DNA of 64,000 bases from Octopus bimaculoides (lineage: Eukaryota), in contig NC_068982.1 of the NCBI RefSeq assembly GCF_001194135.2, positions 160,854,645 through 160,918,644 of the forward strand, read 5' to 3'. Positions 1 to 14,199 of the stretch are shown one piece after another. Each line of letters begins with the position of its first letter. The stretch's first letter is position 1. A program made the position numbers and the translations under genes. The notes beneath the pieces are model-generated. The model was not told the origin of the DNA, ran no database searches, and worked only from the letters and a program-made list of their open reading frames with translations.

Positions 1-1189
1 ATATATGCGTGTGTGTGTGTGCGCGCGTCTGCGTAGGTGTATGTGAATGTGTGCATATTTGTATGTACTTCTGTCATTAGTACTTCTTTCTACTACCTGT
101 TCACTCTAGCCGATAAAAGTAGCACAAGAACCTCCCTAAATCGCACTCTATGGTCAAAAGGGCAAATTGAAACAATGGAGAATGTACTCCTAACTACACT
201 ATTCTTGAAATGAAAATTGAAATCACAGAACTATTTTATTATAGATATCACAAACAAGAGTGATTTTAGGTTTATCATCAATTAACCAAATCAGGGACAT
301 GTCTCACGACTTGTTTCGTAATGTTTTCTTTTAATTATCGTTTTACATAAGATATTCCCTTATTTGAGAATTCACTTTGATTCTTTCTTGTAAAACAAAA
401 CATGACGTTCTGAAGTTCATTTATACCTATAAGTTTGAAGTAACTTCGTTAACTATACCATGTGTCAGTTATAAATTAATTTTGAAACTAATAGTTGTAA
501 CTATCATCTAATATTTTACATTACTTATTTATATCAGTGAAAATGCGACGAATTATCTTTTTAGCCAAAAAATGAGCTTTTAATTAGATGTTTCTCGTAG
601 CTGTCTTATCTGCAATTACGATATAAACAACGCTTGGAGTTTGTGTAAATGTTAATATTAAAACAATATTATCTTCTCGAAAGATACGATTAATAGTCGA
701 AAAAATTATAAAAGTATTCATAGTAACTCGTTACAAGCATATACATATTTAAGCATATCTTATTCGTTGCTTTGTTCTTGTTGCAGTTGTTTCACACCGA
801 TATCAGTCCCGATCAAGCATACCAATGATTAACGGTATTTTCATGTTGTGATCTCGGATTAATTTTTTTCGCAAGCATTGAGCATCAGTGAAGCCTATTA
901 AATGTGTCTTTGTTAAGGCATTAGATTCTCATTTAACCGAGATTTAGCAAATGGAAGAATACATTGTATAATGTAGTTATAGATACGCTATCTATCACGA
1001 AAAATATAGGAATAGTTGCGGCTGCACCGACTACAATCATTGGTCTACTCGATTTGATTTGAATTGACGTGAGGCTAAACAACAAGAACAACGTCATTTG
1101 ATCTCAAAAAAGAATTACATGTTAATATGATTGACAGAGATAGTGAAGAAACGCTTTGAATATTTTATTTTCATAGTAGAATGAAGAAT

Positions 1190-1375
1190 GGTTTCTAACA
1201 TAGGCAAGAGGCAACAGAATTGTTGGATGAAGGTATAGCTGATTAAACCTCCCCTAGCAGTTTACTGGTACTCACCGTGTAGATGTAATGCAGCTTGCAC
1301 CCAAGAATGATTTAAAGTCAGAAGGAATATGACTAGTTACCACAAATTCAAACGCGCTACCGATTCTACAGATCT
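1190..1375 (-). mobile_element. Highly degenerate tRNA-derived SINE, family A
   Basis: Patchy similarity to the well-preserved copy at 28054-28270 (tttactggtactc, gatttaaagtcagaa, cgctaccgattctac). Confidence 0.4.
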
Positions 1376-1404
1376 ATCAACATTTCGTGCTATTTAATAT
1401 TGAT

Positions 1405-1590
1405 TTTTATCAGACACAAGTCCACGCCACGTTTTAGAGAGAAATTATAGTCGATTCCATTGAGTCCGGTATTTGATATGATTGATGCTTTCTTATCACT
1501 CCCGAAATGATGTAATGAATATTTTACGCCGGGGTAATTTAAACTAAGATTGTAACGGGACAGAACGATTTCTACCACCCTACCACCATT
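1405..1590 (-). mobile_element. Degenerate tRNA-derived SINE, family A
   Basis: Colinear blocks matching 28054-28270: cacaag, tagtcgatt, ttatcactcccgaaatgatg, aatttaaactaaga, cgatttctaccacc. Confidence 0.5.
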
Positions 1591-2774
1591 TGTAGATGGG
1601 TTATATTAATAATGTCGATGTTTATATTTACGACTAAGAATTTCAGCTTAGTCTTTCAGACTGAGTTGTCCACTAAAAGCTTCAATAAAATTTTCATCAT
1701 TTTATGTCTTTGTTATTATTAAATTTTATAAGAAATATTATATAACGAAAGTAATGTTTAATTAGATTTAGTAATCACATAAAAGAGTTGTTTTTCTTTA
1801 TTGGCGGGGACTACATTACATTTTATGATGGTGTATTTTTTCTTTGAGGTATTGAGTTTCTTTGTCGTCTGTTCATTCATCTATTAGTTTCTTTCTTGCT
1901 TGAAATTCGTATTAATTTTGTTCATTAGCCTATATCTATGGAACGACATACATAACAAGCAGTACTGAAAGATCTCTTGATTATTATCTTGGAAGATAGA
2001 ATACAGGCGGAAATAAGCAAAACATGAAAGCAAAATTACATCTTTCAAAAGTGTAATGAGATCTATCGCTCTAATCATTTTAATATACATGAGGACAATG
2101 TTCAATAGCAGGAATCATCGATTAGCATATGATTGAATACTATATGTTTGGAACCGAAATTGATCTTCTAATCTAAAGGCAACATTTAAAGAAACAATTT
2201 GCATCTCTAAAATACAAACAGCAAAATATAACAGAAAATTATTTCATTTCTTCCTATGGTTACTAATTGTATGGTTAGTTTTAATAAGATTATCAAAATG
2301 TATCATTCATTTTAAGACCTATATCAAAAATACTATAATTTTATAATTTCAGCTGGAAATGACTCAATTTATCATTTTGCTTTATTTCTATTATATTTCT
2401 ATCGTAGCTGAAGTCTATTCCTGGAAACCTAATGTGGTATCTTATCTCATTCGTCTTTGTTATCGTTCACCAAAGCAATTATCGCTTGTTTACTTTCAAT
2501 GGTTTGGTAAAGGAAATAAGAGTAATTTCGTTTTACAGATTTATTTATATTAGGTTAGGTTTGCGCAGTTTGTTATTAACTTGATTCAATACGTTGTATT
2601 CTGCTAACTCGACATTTGTGGGAAAAAAACGTGTTTAATTTATCTTATTATTTGTTTTGTTTTGTTTTTTTTGTTTTTTTTGTTCTTTGTATTTCCACTT
2701 TAATGAAAACGAAATGGTTTCTTTTTCTTTCTCTTATATTTTACGGTTGTTTTTTTCAATAATTTTGTGTGTAT

Positions 2775-2828
2775 GTACGCATAATGTATGTACGTATGTA
2801 TGTGTGTATATGCATGTGCATGTATGAA

Positions 2829-2890
<62 letters not shown>

Positions 2891-2900
2891 NNNNNNNNNN
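2775..2900. repeat. (TATG/TG) leading into (TA)n microsatellite, running into a 10-N gap
   Basis: Directly visible; N at 2891-2900. Confidence 0.95.
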
Positions 2901-4334
2901 TATGTGTATATGGTGAATGTATGCTGCGTATGTACGTATGCGATTTCTTGTCTCACGAAAACAGCCAAGAAAACACGAACTATTTAAATATTAGAAAATA
3001 GAAGTTGCTCCAATGTCACATTAATAATGATAAATTAGCATTGCAGAGATAAAATATAATCACCTATCATATGCATACACGCACACACATACTCATAAAT
3101 ATATGAAACAAATTGTTCATTACAAATTTGAGTATACTTATATATATATATATATATATGTATATGTATATACGTATATTTATTTACATATATATAAGCG
3201 TATATTTATCTGTGTGTATATACACACATATGCATGCACACATACATATGTGTGTGGGTACATTACGAAAAACATATCTGTATGTATGTAGTTTTAATTC
3301 ATGTAGGTTATCAGCTCTCAATCAAAGACCTGTCGAGAAAAAAAACATCAATAATTTAGTAGGGTACATTAAATAAGGTCATTTCTATTATGTACTTAAA
3401 AGAGAAAGGGCCACTAGCTTCAGCTACTGATTTATATCTTTCCCGATAGATTCATGATCGTTCTTAGAGTAGTCATAGATGTATGTATTCCTCCATCTAA
3501 ACACAGACAAATCATCCTTCTGTTAGAAGATTAACCTAGGTTCCTAATCACTATTCTTGTGCATGTCACACATTATTCTCCCAATCATTAATCTAGTCAA
3601 CATGTGTGTGTATGTGCCTGCATATGTGTGTACGTGTGTTTGTGTGTGTGTGTGTGTGCGAGCATGTGGGTAATGTGAACTGCTAAGACTTATATAATGC
3701 AACATAAACTTAAAACTATACATTTGCAATACGCCGTTAGACAGATAAATGAACGGAACTATCTATGAGAGTCGAACGACGTGCCTGCGGTAGCTTAACA
3801 CAAATGTGTGTGTATGTATGTGTGTGCGTGTGTGTGTGTGTATGTGTGTTTGCGTGCTTCTGTGTATATGTGTGTCTTTGTAAATTCCCAAGAATTTTAA
3901 CACTTACGTCATAAACATAGATCCATTACTACCTAGTGAAAATGCAATGCAGTACTGTCATCACTCATTACTTTATTCGGAAAATGTGGGTGGGTTTACG
4001 AAGCATTCATCTTTCAAACAGAACATAAAGAAATAATATCATCATGATTAAAATCTAACACAATCATTTTTGCGCACGTACACACACACACACATGTACA
4101 CACGCGTGTGTGTATGTGTGTGTGTATATGTATGTGTGTATTTATAAAGAAAAGGTTAATAGCAACTTCTACTCAAATATTGCGTGCTTTTTCTATTACT
4201 ATGTGATTACATTTGTATGATTTTGTATAAAATATATCCATACACACACCATGCTCACTTTAACACATACACACTCATGTACAGACATAAACACATACAC
4301 ACATCACACTATATACAAATGTGTATGCTTTTGT

Positions 4335-4381
4335 ATATACGTATGTATGTATGTATGTATGTATGTATGTATGTATGTATG

Positions 4382-4446
<65 letters not shown>

Positions 4447-4840
4447 TGATGAGTGAGTGAGTCAGTCAGTCACTCAGTGAGTCAGCGAGTCAGTGAGTCA
4501 GCNNNNNNNNNNNNNNNNNNNNNNNNNNNNNNNNNNNNNNNNNNNNNNNNNNNNNNNNNNNNNNNNNNNNNNNNNNNNNNNNNNNNNNNNNNNNNNNNNN
4601 NNNNNNNNNNNNNNNNNNNNNNNNNNNNNNNNNNNNNNNNNNNNNNNNNNNNNNNNNNNNNNNNNNNNNNNNNNNNNNNNNNNNNNNNNNNNNNNNNNNN
4701 NNNNNNNNNNNNNNNNNNNNNNNNNNNNNAAGAAGAAGAAGAAGAAGAAGAAGAAGAAGAAGAAGAAGAAGAAGAAGAAGAAGAAGAAGAAGAAGAAGAA
4801 GAAGAAGAAGAAGAAGAAGAAGAAGAAGAAGAAGAAGAAA
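4335..4840. repeat. Compound microsatellite (TATG)n-(ATAG)n-(GAGT/GTCA)n, gap 4503-4729, then (AAG)n
   Basis: Directly visible; explains the poly-E/K/L/F ORFs of the track. Confidence 0.95.
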
Positions 4841-5470
4841 TGATGTTGATATGTTTTTACTACGCGAAGCCATAATAGATAGACATTAAAAATAGTGTGG
4901 ATGACTGTTAATGGATAGAACTCAGATATCGAATGATGTGGTTCAAGTGAATCCAAGTCGTAATGATTGGTGATATGACAGTTAGAGTTACAAATATCAA
5001 GCCATTTCAGAAACGTTACTCAGAAGTGTGACTTCTTTTGATCATAGGTTCAAATGAGGCTAGTCTTACTTCAATAATATTCCAGAAACGTTTGTCTCTG
5101 ATCTGCTGCTAAACGCTTCGATAGACCTCATCTTGTGAAACATTACTTTTTGATAAAAACAATATTTAAAATTCATAATTACTGATATGTAATTTTAGAG
5201 AAATTACAGAACAGAAACAAAACTGGTGCGAATCCTTTGAAATATTAACCGAAATGTTTACTTATCGCTTCTTTAAAGTCAAAAACTAAACGGAACAAAT
5301 ACATTCATTACTCACATTTTTTTATTTTCTGAAACAGTAATCTAATTAAATGCTACGCTGTTTGACTTACTGCTGCAATATATTTATAAGAATCATTTAT
5401 ATGGAAGCCATACAAGTTGTTTGATAATGAGATAGTTACAATGAGTTTAGTATGTGTGTTATACACACAC

Positions 5471-5525
<55 letters not shown>

Positions 5526-5599
5526 NNNNNNNNNNNNNNNNNNNNNNNNNNNNNNTATATAGTCTTTTTATTGAATCTGAAGTTGAGAGTTTGTTTTGT

Positions 5600-6830
5600 G
5601 ACTGGAGTTTCATTGTAATGAAGATGATCTCCCTTCACTTTCTGTACCTGATTTTTAAATGTAGTCTTTTTTATTGATTAACTTCTAGCCACACCCGCAT
5701 CTATTCCCATCATCAAAAACAAAGTTCATCGGAAACGCAGCCCCGATTGCTAAAATGTTATCCAGCAATTTCTAAATGTATGTATCATTTTAAGATTTAA
5801 TCAAACTTTCCTTCACAGTAGATCTATTGCAAATTTTGACAGTGCAATCTACTTCTGTTTGTCATGTCATATTAACGTTGATTTTCTGATACCATATGAC
5901 TGCAGTCCACAATTTCCCGATGTTTTTAGTGGGTCTTCGTTCCGTAGCGAATTGATCTCTTCGCAGATTATAGTCCAGCCATACATCACTCCCTGATATG
6001 TTCGAAGTTCTATTATAACACAACCTGAAGAACGGGCTTAATGAGTGAAACTCTTTCATCTCGGCAACGTTGCCTCGTCTAAAGTAAAGAACTGATAACT
6101 TCAGTAAGGCGGCATTTGCAACAATTTCTGTTTTCTTCTTTCAGAAGCATTTACCATGGTATAACTTTTTCATCCTGGGACAACACACTGAGCCCAATTT
6201 ATTTCAGAAGTATAGTTGTTCTGAGAATCAGAGCGGTTCTAAACGAACCGGACATTCCAATACACCCCAAATTGTCGTTAGAAGGTATTTTGGCTTATCT
6301 TGACACCTCCAAATAGTCATTCAAAGACCAATATCATCACCAAATATCACCAAAGGAGTTTTGACTAAAGCATCCCCAGTATCCCCTAACCGCCCATCTT
6401 AGCAACAACTGACCGTAGAATCGACAAAATAACCACTTTTTCCTGGAATTTGAACACAACTTCAAAAGGGACGCCATTATTGCTGACACATTTGCAATAT
6501 CAAAGTGTCGAGAGTACCGTGTTTGTTCCTCCGGTGTCGAAGAATGTTAAAGAATATTCGATAATAAATATAAGAATTTGATTGGTAATTATCTTTTTTA
6601 GCCAGTGTTGCATGAAAATTATAGACGTTAACAGTCTTTCAACTTTGAAATTTATCTCTGAACTTGTAGCTACAATAACCGAGGCAACCGGAAAAATACG
6701 GGTGATTAATTGGTTCCAAAAGATTCGCTTGATTATCATACTGAAACTCCATAAGTGTATTGCAATACTAAATTCTGATAGCAAGGATTTTCTATTAATA
6801 GATAATATAAAATTAAGTTCCAAAATGGAT
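5600..6830 (-). mobile_element. Possible ancient LTR-retrotransposon (Gypsy-like) protease-region fossil
   Basis: Minus-strand frame ends LTFFDTGGTNTVL (retropepsin-like DTG, D codon at 6538-6536), followed in another frame by ...LVKTPLVIFGDDIG; many stops and frameshifts. Resemblance only. Confidence 0.3.
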
Positions 6831-7003
6831 GTCAGCTTAAACTTCTAGATACATTTAATTGATTTCATCTGTCCGAACAATATTAATTCCATTTTTGAGG
6901 AACATGCGATTATATATACATACATATACATGTGTGTCTGTTTTGGGTGTGTATATATGTGTGCGTGTATTATGTATGCGTGTATGTATGTATGTATGTA
7001 TGT

Positions 7004-7056
<53 letters not shown>

Positions 7057-7084
7057 CATATACATATATATATATATATATATA

Positions 7085-7296
7085 TAAGCCGTGTTAAGTC
7101 TGTCGCAAGCCCTAGGACTCATAGGGCCGGAGCTTAACCAGATTTCCATGGTGTATAAGTCCCTGCTATCTTCCCAGTTATTGTTGGGTCTCATTTATAC
7201 CTGAATGGACTTAACCATCATAAAATTAAGGCTTTGGCTCAAAACACAACGGAAATCGAAACCAGGATCTTATGATCCTGTGCAACGACCTAACCT
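7085..7296 (-). mobile_element. Degenerate tRNA-derived SINE, family B
   Basis: Reverse strand has B-box-like ggtttcgatttcc (7263-7251), then gtgttttgagc, and a tail (tagggcttgcgacagac) matching the 3' end of the copy at 13683-13945 (ataggcttgtgacagatc). Confidence 0.55.
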
Positions 7297-8699
7297 CTGG
7301 GAGTGGTCAGTCGAATATCTTTGAACATGTACAAATACAGGTATATAAAATGCCACACAAAATTTTTGATTTATTAATATAATATCCGCTTCTAGAGGAT
7401 GTGTCATAATTAATAAATGGTAATTAAGTCAAGCTCCATATGAGAAGGGGAGATAATATTATGAATTCTCCAGAGTTGACATGCCATTAAAGAATACGCA
7501 AGGTTTGTTGTCTGGAGATAGAGAAGACAATCATGAACGCATGTGTCTGCCTCAATAGGCATCACCAGCTTAACAATCGTCCTAACTGATCTGCAGTAGC
7601 CAAAAGACTTATACAAAAGGAATATATTTATGAACAAATTGAACATATTTATGGCCCAGGTATTCCGATTTATTTAAACAAAAATGAGCTGAGAGAAATA
7701 ACTGGGAGTAGCCACTGGCAACTTATGTTTCATTTATGTTGTAACATGTGACTCGTGTCTAAATGTCTATTTTTAATCATTTTCAGGACATTGTGGAATA
7801 ATCGAGTATAATAACTTGTCTTGATAATCTTTTGTAACTATTTCACTTCACTATAATCAAACGAACCTGCCAAACATATCAAGGACCTACCAAACATATC
7901 AGAGGCTTCTTTTATTGTAAGCTTATTGACCCAGAGTTGACTTAGAGCTAGGCAGCAATATATGCTACAAATTTCCATTTGAAACCTTCGGTGAAACCGA
8001 TAACTTAGCTTCGTGAGAAAGTACAAGTTATCCTCGAACTAACTAGTTTCCGATAGAATAGAAAGATTGTAGAGTTATACAAGTCTAGCAAGTGACTTGA
8101 AACAATATGTGTTCATGGATTCGTGAGACAAGAAGCGACATCCTGACCCGAATGATTTAAGCATAATAGACCCAGCTAAAATACCGCTTATAATCAGGTT
8201 ATGACATAATATCTGGCGATGAATTAAGTGACGCATCCCAACAGTTTTCCTTCACCAAATTTCACCCACAAGACGTGGATTGAATCTAGGTTATAGTAGA
8301 AAATGCTTGCCTTATGTGGTGCGCAGTAAAATCAAGCTGAGACCCACGTGATTGTAAAGCGAACATCTTGTTGATACGATTATTACAGCGTCGATATAGC
8401 TGTGAGAGGGAAAGAAAACAAAATGTTGTCGATGATGCACAGGTTGTGGAAACAATTATTAAGTCGGTAAAAGTGAACAGCATTGGAAATGAAATGGAAA
8501 ACAGTTGATGAGAAATATTGTAATTAGGAGTTGATTGCTGTTATTGTACTGGACACTAATTTGATTGAGTCAACACATAGGAAAGTGTTTAATCAATAAC
8601 ACTGACTAATCATGTGTTAAGTGTGAGCTATCGGGCAACAGACTGCAGTAATAAAATGAAATACTATCAAATATGTTCTGTAGACGAAATAGAGGCATC

Positions 8700-9130
8700 A
8701 ACGTCAGCAGCAGAACACCGCCACCACCACTACTATCATTAAACTCATCCTCAGCAGCATGATCGCCATCAACACCATTGCTTCAGAAGCCACTTTCCTT
8801 CATCATAGCTATTCATCATCATCTTAATCATCATCATCATCATCAAAATCATCATCATCTTCATCTTAATCATCATTATCGCCCCCATCAACATAATTAG
8901 CTTCAGCAGTAGCGCCAAACTCATCATCTTCACCAGCACCTCCTCACCCCATCCTCACAATCATCATCACCACCTTCAATATCATAATCCTTATCATTAC
9001 CACCATCATTATCATCATCATGACTATTATGACTTTATCAGAGCACCGCCACCATCATAATCAACATCACCACAGTCATCATCTTTATTGTCATCATAAG
9101 TTTATCATCCTCATTATAGCAGCAGCATCT
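8700..9130. repeat. Cryptic trinucleotide mosaic (CAT/CAC/CAG/TAT)
   Basis: Directly visible low-complexity tract. Confidence 0.85.
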
Positions 9131-9139
9131 TAATTATAC

Positions 9140-10490
9140 CTCAGACTTTCCCTTACACTCAAGTCCTTCCATTACATTCATGCCCCAGAACTTCCTCCTA
9201 AAGTCACTAAACTCTTCAATCTTACTTTCTTAAAGGATATAACCTAATGTTCAGGTCATGTTTCGGTCTGTCCCATTGCAAAGAACGGCAACTCTTCTGA
9301 CACAGTTAACTCTCGTCCTGTTGCTTTCATCTGAAATATCTCTAAGATAATGGAGATAGTCATTAACACTGACGGACCCCCAACAGTTTGAATCTCACTC
9401 ACCACAATGACTTGAACGGCTTCCACAGAAAGAGATCAACTGGCGTTCGACATGTTAATGTCACTCACCAATGGACCTTCACATTAGGGGAGTTCGGTGA
9501 AAACATATATTGTTGCCCTAGACAGTACCAAGGCTTTCGACTATCCTTGATATGCGAATCACCTGTTAAAACTTTCCGTCTATGGGTTTCATTCATTTCT
9601 CAAGTTTTGGATATGTAGCTTTCTATTAAATCGCACCACATGTGTTGAAGAAACACTTTCTATTTCATTTTCAATCAACTCTGAGGATCAGTAGGGCTCA
9701 GCTTTACCTACCCCTATTTATTCTATATATCAAATACCTACATCTGCTATGTGCAACAATGCCCACTTATTTGCTAAAGATTCAATCCTTCATTCTTCCC
9801 TAATTTCCCCAACCATGCATCTTTCACATGCAGCTTCAATACCACACATCAAACTTGCATTGATTCCAGAAACTGAGACCTTGATAGATTCCTCAGCTAG
9901 AGCCCTCACAAACGCACCTGGTAATGCACATCCGTAGTGTTTCTTGAACCGCTTCCCAACGTCCGCCTCTTTTCTTCACGGCCAGAAAAATATCACCCTC
10001 CATCAACTGATACTCTCTTCAACGCTCAAGTGAGCCCTACAATATAGTGCGGGACCTACATCTAGGAGAATGCTGTTAATATGTACACGGAAATCAGAGA
10101 TGAGCCACTTGGATAAATGACATTCAGCCTTTTATCAGTATTTATGGACAAGCTCCAGGCAGATGTGTTGTCTTTTTATTTCAATCGACCCTTTAACGGC
10201 TAAAATGGTTTCTGTTCCTCGAACTTGGCTGGTTTCAAACTTGGCTCTCCCACTCAAGTACCTAACACCCACTCTTTTTTCCCTTTATGATCATTTTTGT
10301 GCTATTCAAACACCCTCGGCTCCGCACCAAATATTCTCCAGTCCTTCCTCTCCAGACACCGTCCCTCTGAAATCTCTTTGCTCATGTCTTTGTAGCAGCT
10401 GTTGACCCACATCATTTTAAACGGAACATTAACAGCATCAAATTCACCAGTCTTTGACAGCCTGCAATGGGCATGATCAATACTCCCTAC
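9140..10490 (+). mobile_element. Degenerate CR1/L2-group LINE, reverse transcriptase and 3' region
   Basis: Hand translation: NSRPVAFI*NISKIMEIVIN (9308; cf. NYRPIALTS..SKVME), GFHRKRSTG, VALDSTKAFD (9512; cf. VALDISKAFD), FAKDSILHSS (9770; decayed YADD). Multiple stops and frameshifts. Confidence 0.8.
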
Positions 10491-10558
10491 TCAAAGCACA
10501 AGTAAAAGAAAATAATGAGTTGTCGGAATAATTTTCGCAAGTTTAGCATTTACCTTAC

Positions 10559-10590
<32 letters not shown>

Positions 10591-10791
10591 ATCTAACAGA
10601 CAGTATAAGCAAATAGTTTTATAATCGTTTATCGAATAAACAAGAAATCTGAGAATTTGAGATGCGCAGGAGATTTTCTAAGTGTATCGTATTCATATAT
10701 TACTTTTTTGTTCATCGCCATGTTATCCCTGAATACACAGAATATAGTGATCTTTTTATCCACCTCTAATGTTTTCTCTTTTTTTAAACAG

Positions 10792-10830
10792 GACCTTGTG
10801 GATAGAGGGAAGATTGACTACTATGTGTAA
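10792..10830 (+). other. Candidate terminal coding exon (DLVDRGKIDYYV*) of an unidentified host gene
   Basis: Branch-point-like CTAAT (10766-10770), pyrimidine tract gttttctctttttttaaacAG, then an open frame to TAA at 10828-10830. No protein match recognised. Confidence 0.25.
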
Positions 10831-11599
10831 TATATGGTTGAGAGACCATATAGACTATGTACCAGAAATTTTCCAGGCAACATCTGCTAAACTACATTCT
10901 TTATGCATCGACTGTATTTTGTATTATTGACTGCATTTTGTATGTATCGACATAAGTCAAATATAATTAGCTGTATCTGTCAAGCCGGGTTTTCATGATA
11001 ATTGCTTTCTTACATCAAATTAGGATTCACCAAATTCCCATGGAAAGAGATGCGCAGCACTCAATTTTCTAACATAATCAGTTGGAGAGGGTATTGTCGA
11101 TTACATACTACTATATTTATTGACTGGTACATTATTATTTCCACTGCACAGGGTGGAAAGGTAAAAATTGACAAGGTGGGATTTGAAATCACTAAGTTGA
11201 GAAGCGTAACTCCACACTGCAAAATATTTTCGTCACTATTCTAATAATTTTTGCCAGCTGGAAGTACTAAGATGTTCTTTCAGTTCAAAATATTTTTTTC
11301 TTTTATTACTTAGTCAACGAACGTAAGGGAAACACCTTTAACTGGGATTCTGAGATGGGTAAGCCGGATGATAAGAAGAAAATCCAACGCAAGAGTTTAT
11401 AAATCATCATCAGTCTAGTGAATGTATTTGCATACAGAGCGAACTCTGCAAGAATAGGCTTAAGTCGAGATGGTGGTGTTAAATGAATTAAGTTTTCTAC
11501 AAGAAAGCTGGAGTTATCTAATGTTTTTTACGACATAATCAATGCTGTGTGATTACGAGATACTCTTCATAATAATCTGGCACCCAGGGCAAGTGTCTT

Positions 11600-11830
11600 T
11601 TATGATAGCCTCAAATTAGGACTTCTAATAGTCTTCCGCACAGTTGCAATCTTTCTTGTTTCACTCTCAGGGATTTGGTTGGCTTGAATCTATTGTAGGA
11701 GACACTTGCCCATCTAGCACTCAGTAGTATCAAACCTGGAAACACGTAATTGTGGAGCACATTTCTTAACTGCACAGCATTAACCTCGTCGCAGCGTCGT
11801 CGCAAGAGATATCGGAATGACTTCAGCGAT
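11600..11830 (-). mobile_element. Possible Tc1-like transposase N-terminal remnant
   Basis: Track ORF DEVNAVQLRNVL...KQERLQLC loosely resembles the Tc1-type HTH/linker region; weak. Confidence 0.25.
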
Positions 11831-13349
11831 GAGACAAACTAATCACGAACACATTAAATTGTTTCCTTATCGTTTAATACTGAAATTGGAGACACACCAG
11901 ACAATTTGCTCATATCATCGTTGTATTTTTAATTTTACAATTTGCATGCACGACATATAAAATTAAATTTTTTGTTTATTAATCTACGATCGAATGTCTA
12001 ATGCATACCATAGAAGACGGGTGTGAGTGTATATATGCGTTTAAAGCATATGTGTAAATATATGTGTGTACCAATCGAGTTAGTTCTTTAATTCTTGAAT
12101 TTCTTTTCAAACACCAAAGAGTTCTACCAATGTGAGATATACTGAGTGTAATTTTTTGATTCTTCATACTAAAAAAGGAAATTTCCCAGTACACCCTTCC
12201 ATAAGTTATGCACAAACTTTGTCATAGCTTTACGAAACGGTAGAGTCAAAATTTCCCTTCCCAATTTACACCACGTCTTGGCCCCTGGGTGCCTTTAGTA
12301 AATTTGTCTCTGCAATGCTTTCAACAGAAAGAAATTCACTAAAACTTTAAGATAATTTCCTCTTTTGCTTCCACCAATCGCGAAAGACCTGAAAATATAA
12401 AGTCATGCGTGCTTCCTTTCCCTCTTGCTCTAACCATTAAAGAAAATGATCAAGAGGTTTCGTTGAATAGTATCAATTTACACAAATACTGTACTGTTGT
12501 TTGTTATTGTTGTCTCGTTTTAGCATACCTGTCGCCAAAGACATTCCAGTCCTAAATACCTGCCTATTTTGAGACGCTATGTCTATAATTATATAAAATG
12601 TCTCTTTCCTTGTCAAGTCAGCAGAATGTGACTTACGTGCGATTTGGCTGCTTTTTCTAGAAAGCAGTCGTTCCTGCGTCTTCTTGAAACAATGGATTTA
12701 AGCAGGAATTTCGTAAAATCAACAGAACAGAGACTTAATGTTCGATTGCAGATATTTTACAAATACTCTCTGAGATACGAATAGTGTGACAATTATAATG
12801 ATATCATGTTTATTTGTTGTATAAAAAAGACAGCAAAACCAAAAGAGAGAAACATGAACTTAGTTTCAAACACAGAAGAGATCGTTACCTAAAAAACAAT
12901 TAATATGTTTAATTTTATGATTCTCGTATCAAATAAATTTTAGGAATAGCACCAGAACATATACTAATGGGACGACTCAATACCAAAAGCAGAGTGAAGC
13001 ATATTATCTAATTGGTTTCGACTGTGGCTCGAAATTTCTTCCAACAGCTTATTCAACCAGGAGTGACGTTTATATTGAGAAAAATAATATCATTAAATTG
13101 TGGTGAAGTCGTAAACTGTTACTGTAACGAGAATTCTCAGCAGCGGTTGAATAATCCGCTACATGGAAATTGAAGTCCTAGTCAAAACTAATTTTATAAG
13201 AAACCTTGACTCTTTTTAAGTATTCAGCTTTCGTTTTTGTATATCTTTTGTGGTTATTCTTTACAAGTTAAAAACTTTTAACATAAAAAACTAGAATTAT
13301 CATATATATNNNNNNNNNNCCAACATATAAATATATCATGATACCAATA

Positions 13350-13610
13350 AAGACACAAACCATCGAATTTCTATACTTAAGGGAAAATATACTAATACCA
13401 CCAATGAAAGACTAGCTAGAATATTTATTATAGAAACGGAAAGTTTGACGAAAAGAAACAGATGGAAAATTCATTTCTTTGAGAAGAATTCAAATGAAAA
13501 CCAATTACGGATTGAAACGTTTTTATAGAATTCTCCTCGGAGATTTAGAAATTTAAGAACCTCTCTATATAAACATTAAAAAGAAAATTATCGCTACCCC
13601 TTCACTACCT
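13350..13610 (+). mobile_element. Naiad-like Penelope-like element, N-terminal fragment
   Basis: Frames give NILIPPMKD, then ETESLTKRNRWKIHFFEK (KRNRWKIHFFEK at 13451-13486), then NYGLK; matches the KNIPIP...KRMRWKAxFF...NYGFK N-terminus I associate with this PLE type. Confidence 0.6.
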
Positions 13611-13682
13611 TGTTAGGAAAAAACTTAAATACTCAGAACACATACATATGTGTGTGTGTTTTTGTGCGTGTGTAAGTTTGTT

Positions 13683-13945
13683 GAAGCGGTTGGCCTAGTG
13701 GTGAGAGACTTAGGCTGTTAAGGTGTGAGTTCGATTCTCACACTGGACAGCGCCTTGTGTCCTTGATCAATGCATTTCATCCAATGTTACTTCAGTTTAC
13801 TAAATTAGTACCAGCGAGAGCTGAGTGATTAAAACTGCTACGGACTAGCGTGGGGAGCTGTCATTGGAGTCTCAGTCAGTTAAACATCATGGTAAGTAGG
13901 ATAAGCTTCTACAGTTTAATGGTACTATAGGCTTGTGACAGATCA
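13683..13945 (+). mobile_element. tRNA-derived SINE, family B, with GTGTCCTTGA-type central domain
   Basis: A box tggcctagtgg (13691-13701), B box gagttcgattctc (13727-13739), central ttgtgtccttgatcaa. Confidence 0.7.
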
Positions 13946-14199
13946 AAAATTATTTTCATAAATATGCATATATACACACACATAGACACACACACATACA
14001 CATACACACACATACACACACACATACATATATATATGCTAAATGTGACGATTTTTATTATCTTCTCCAAAAGAGCTTGAAGTACTAGTGAGCATAAAGA
14101 TTAAAGTTGTAGCTGAGAAAAAATTAGCTGACATGGAAGAAAGGAAGTCATCTGAATATTGGAAAAGATTTACCTACATCATGATGATTCTCGCCTGGT

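Noticed and set aside
7990-8500. Tigger/pogo transposase N-terminus (LREKVQVILEL...)
   Set aside because: Similarity is too loose and the frame too interrupted to support a call.
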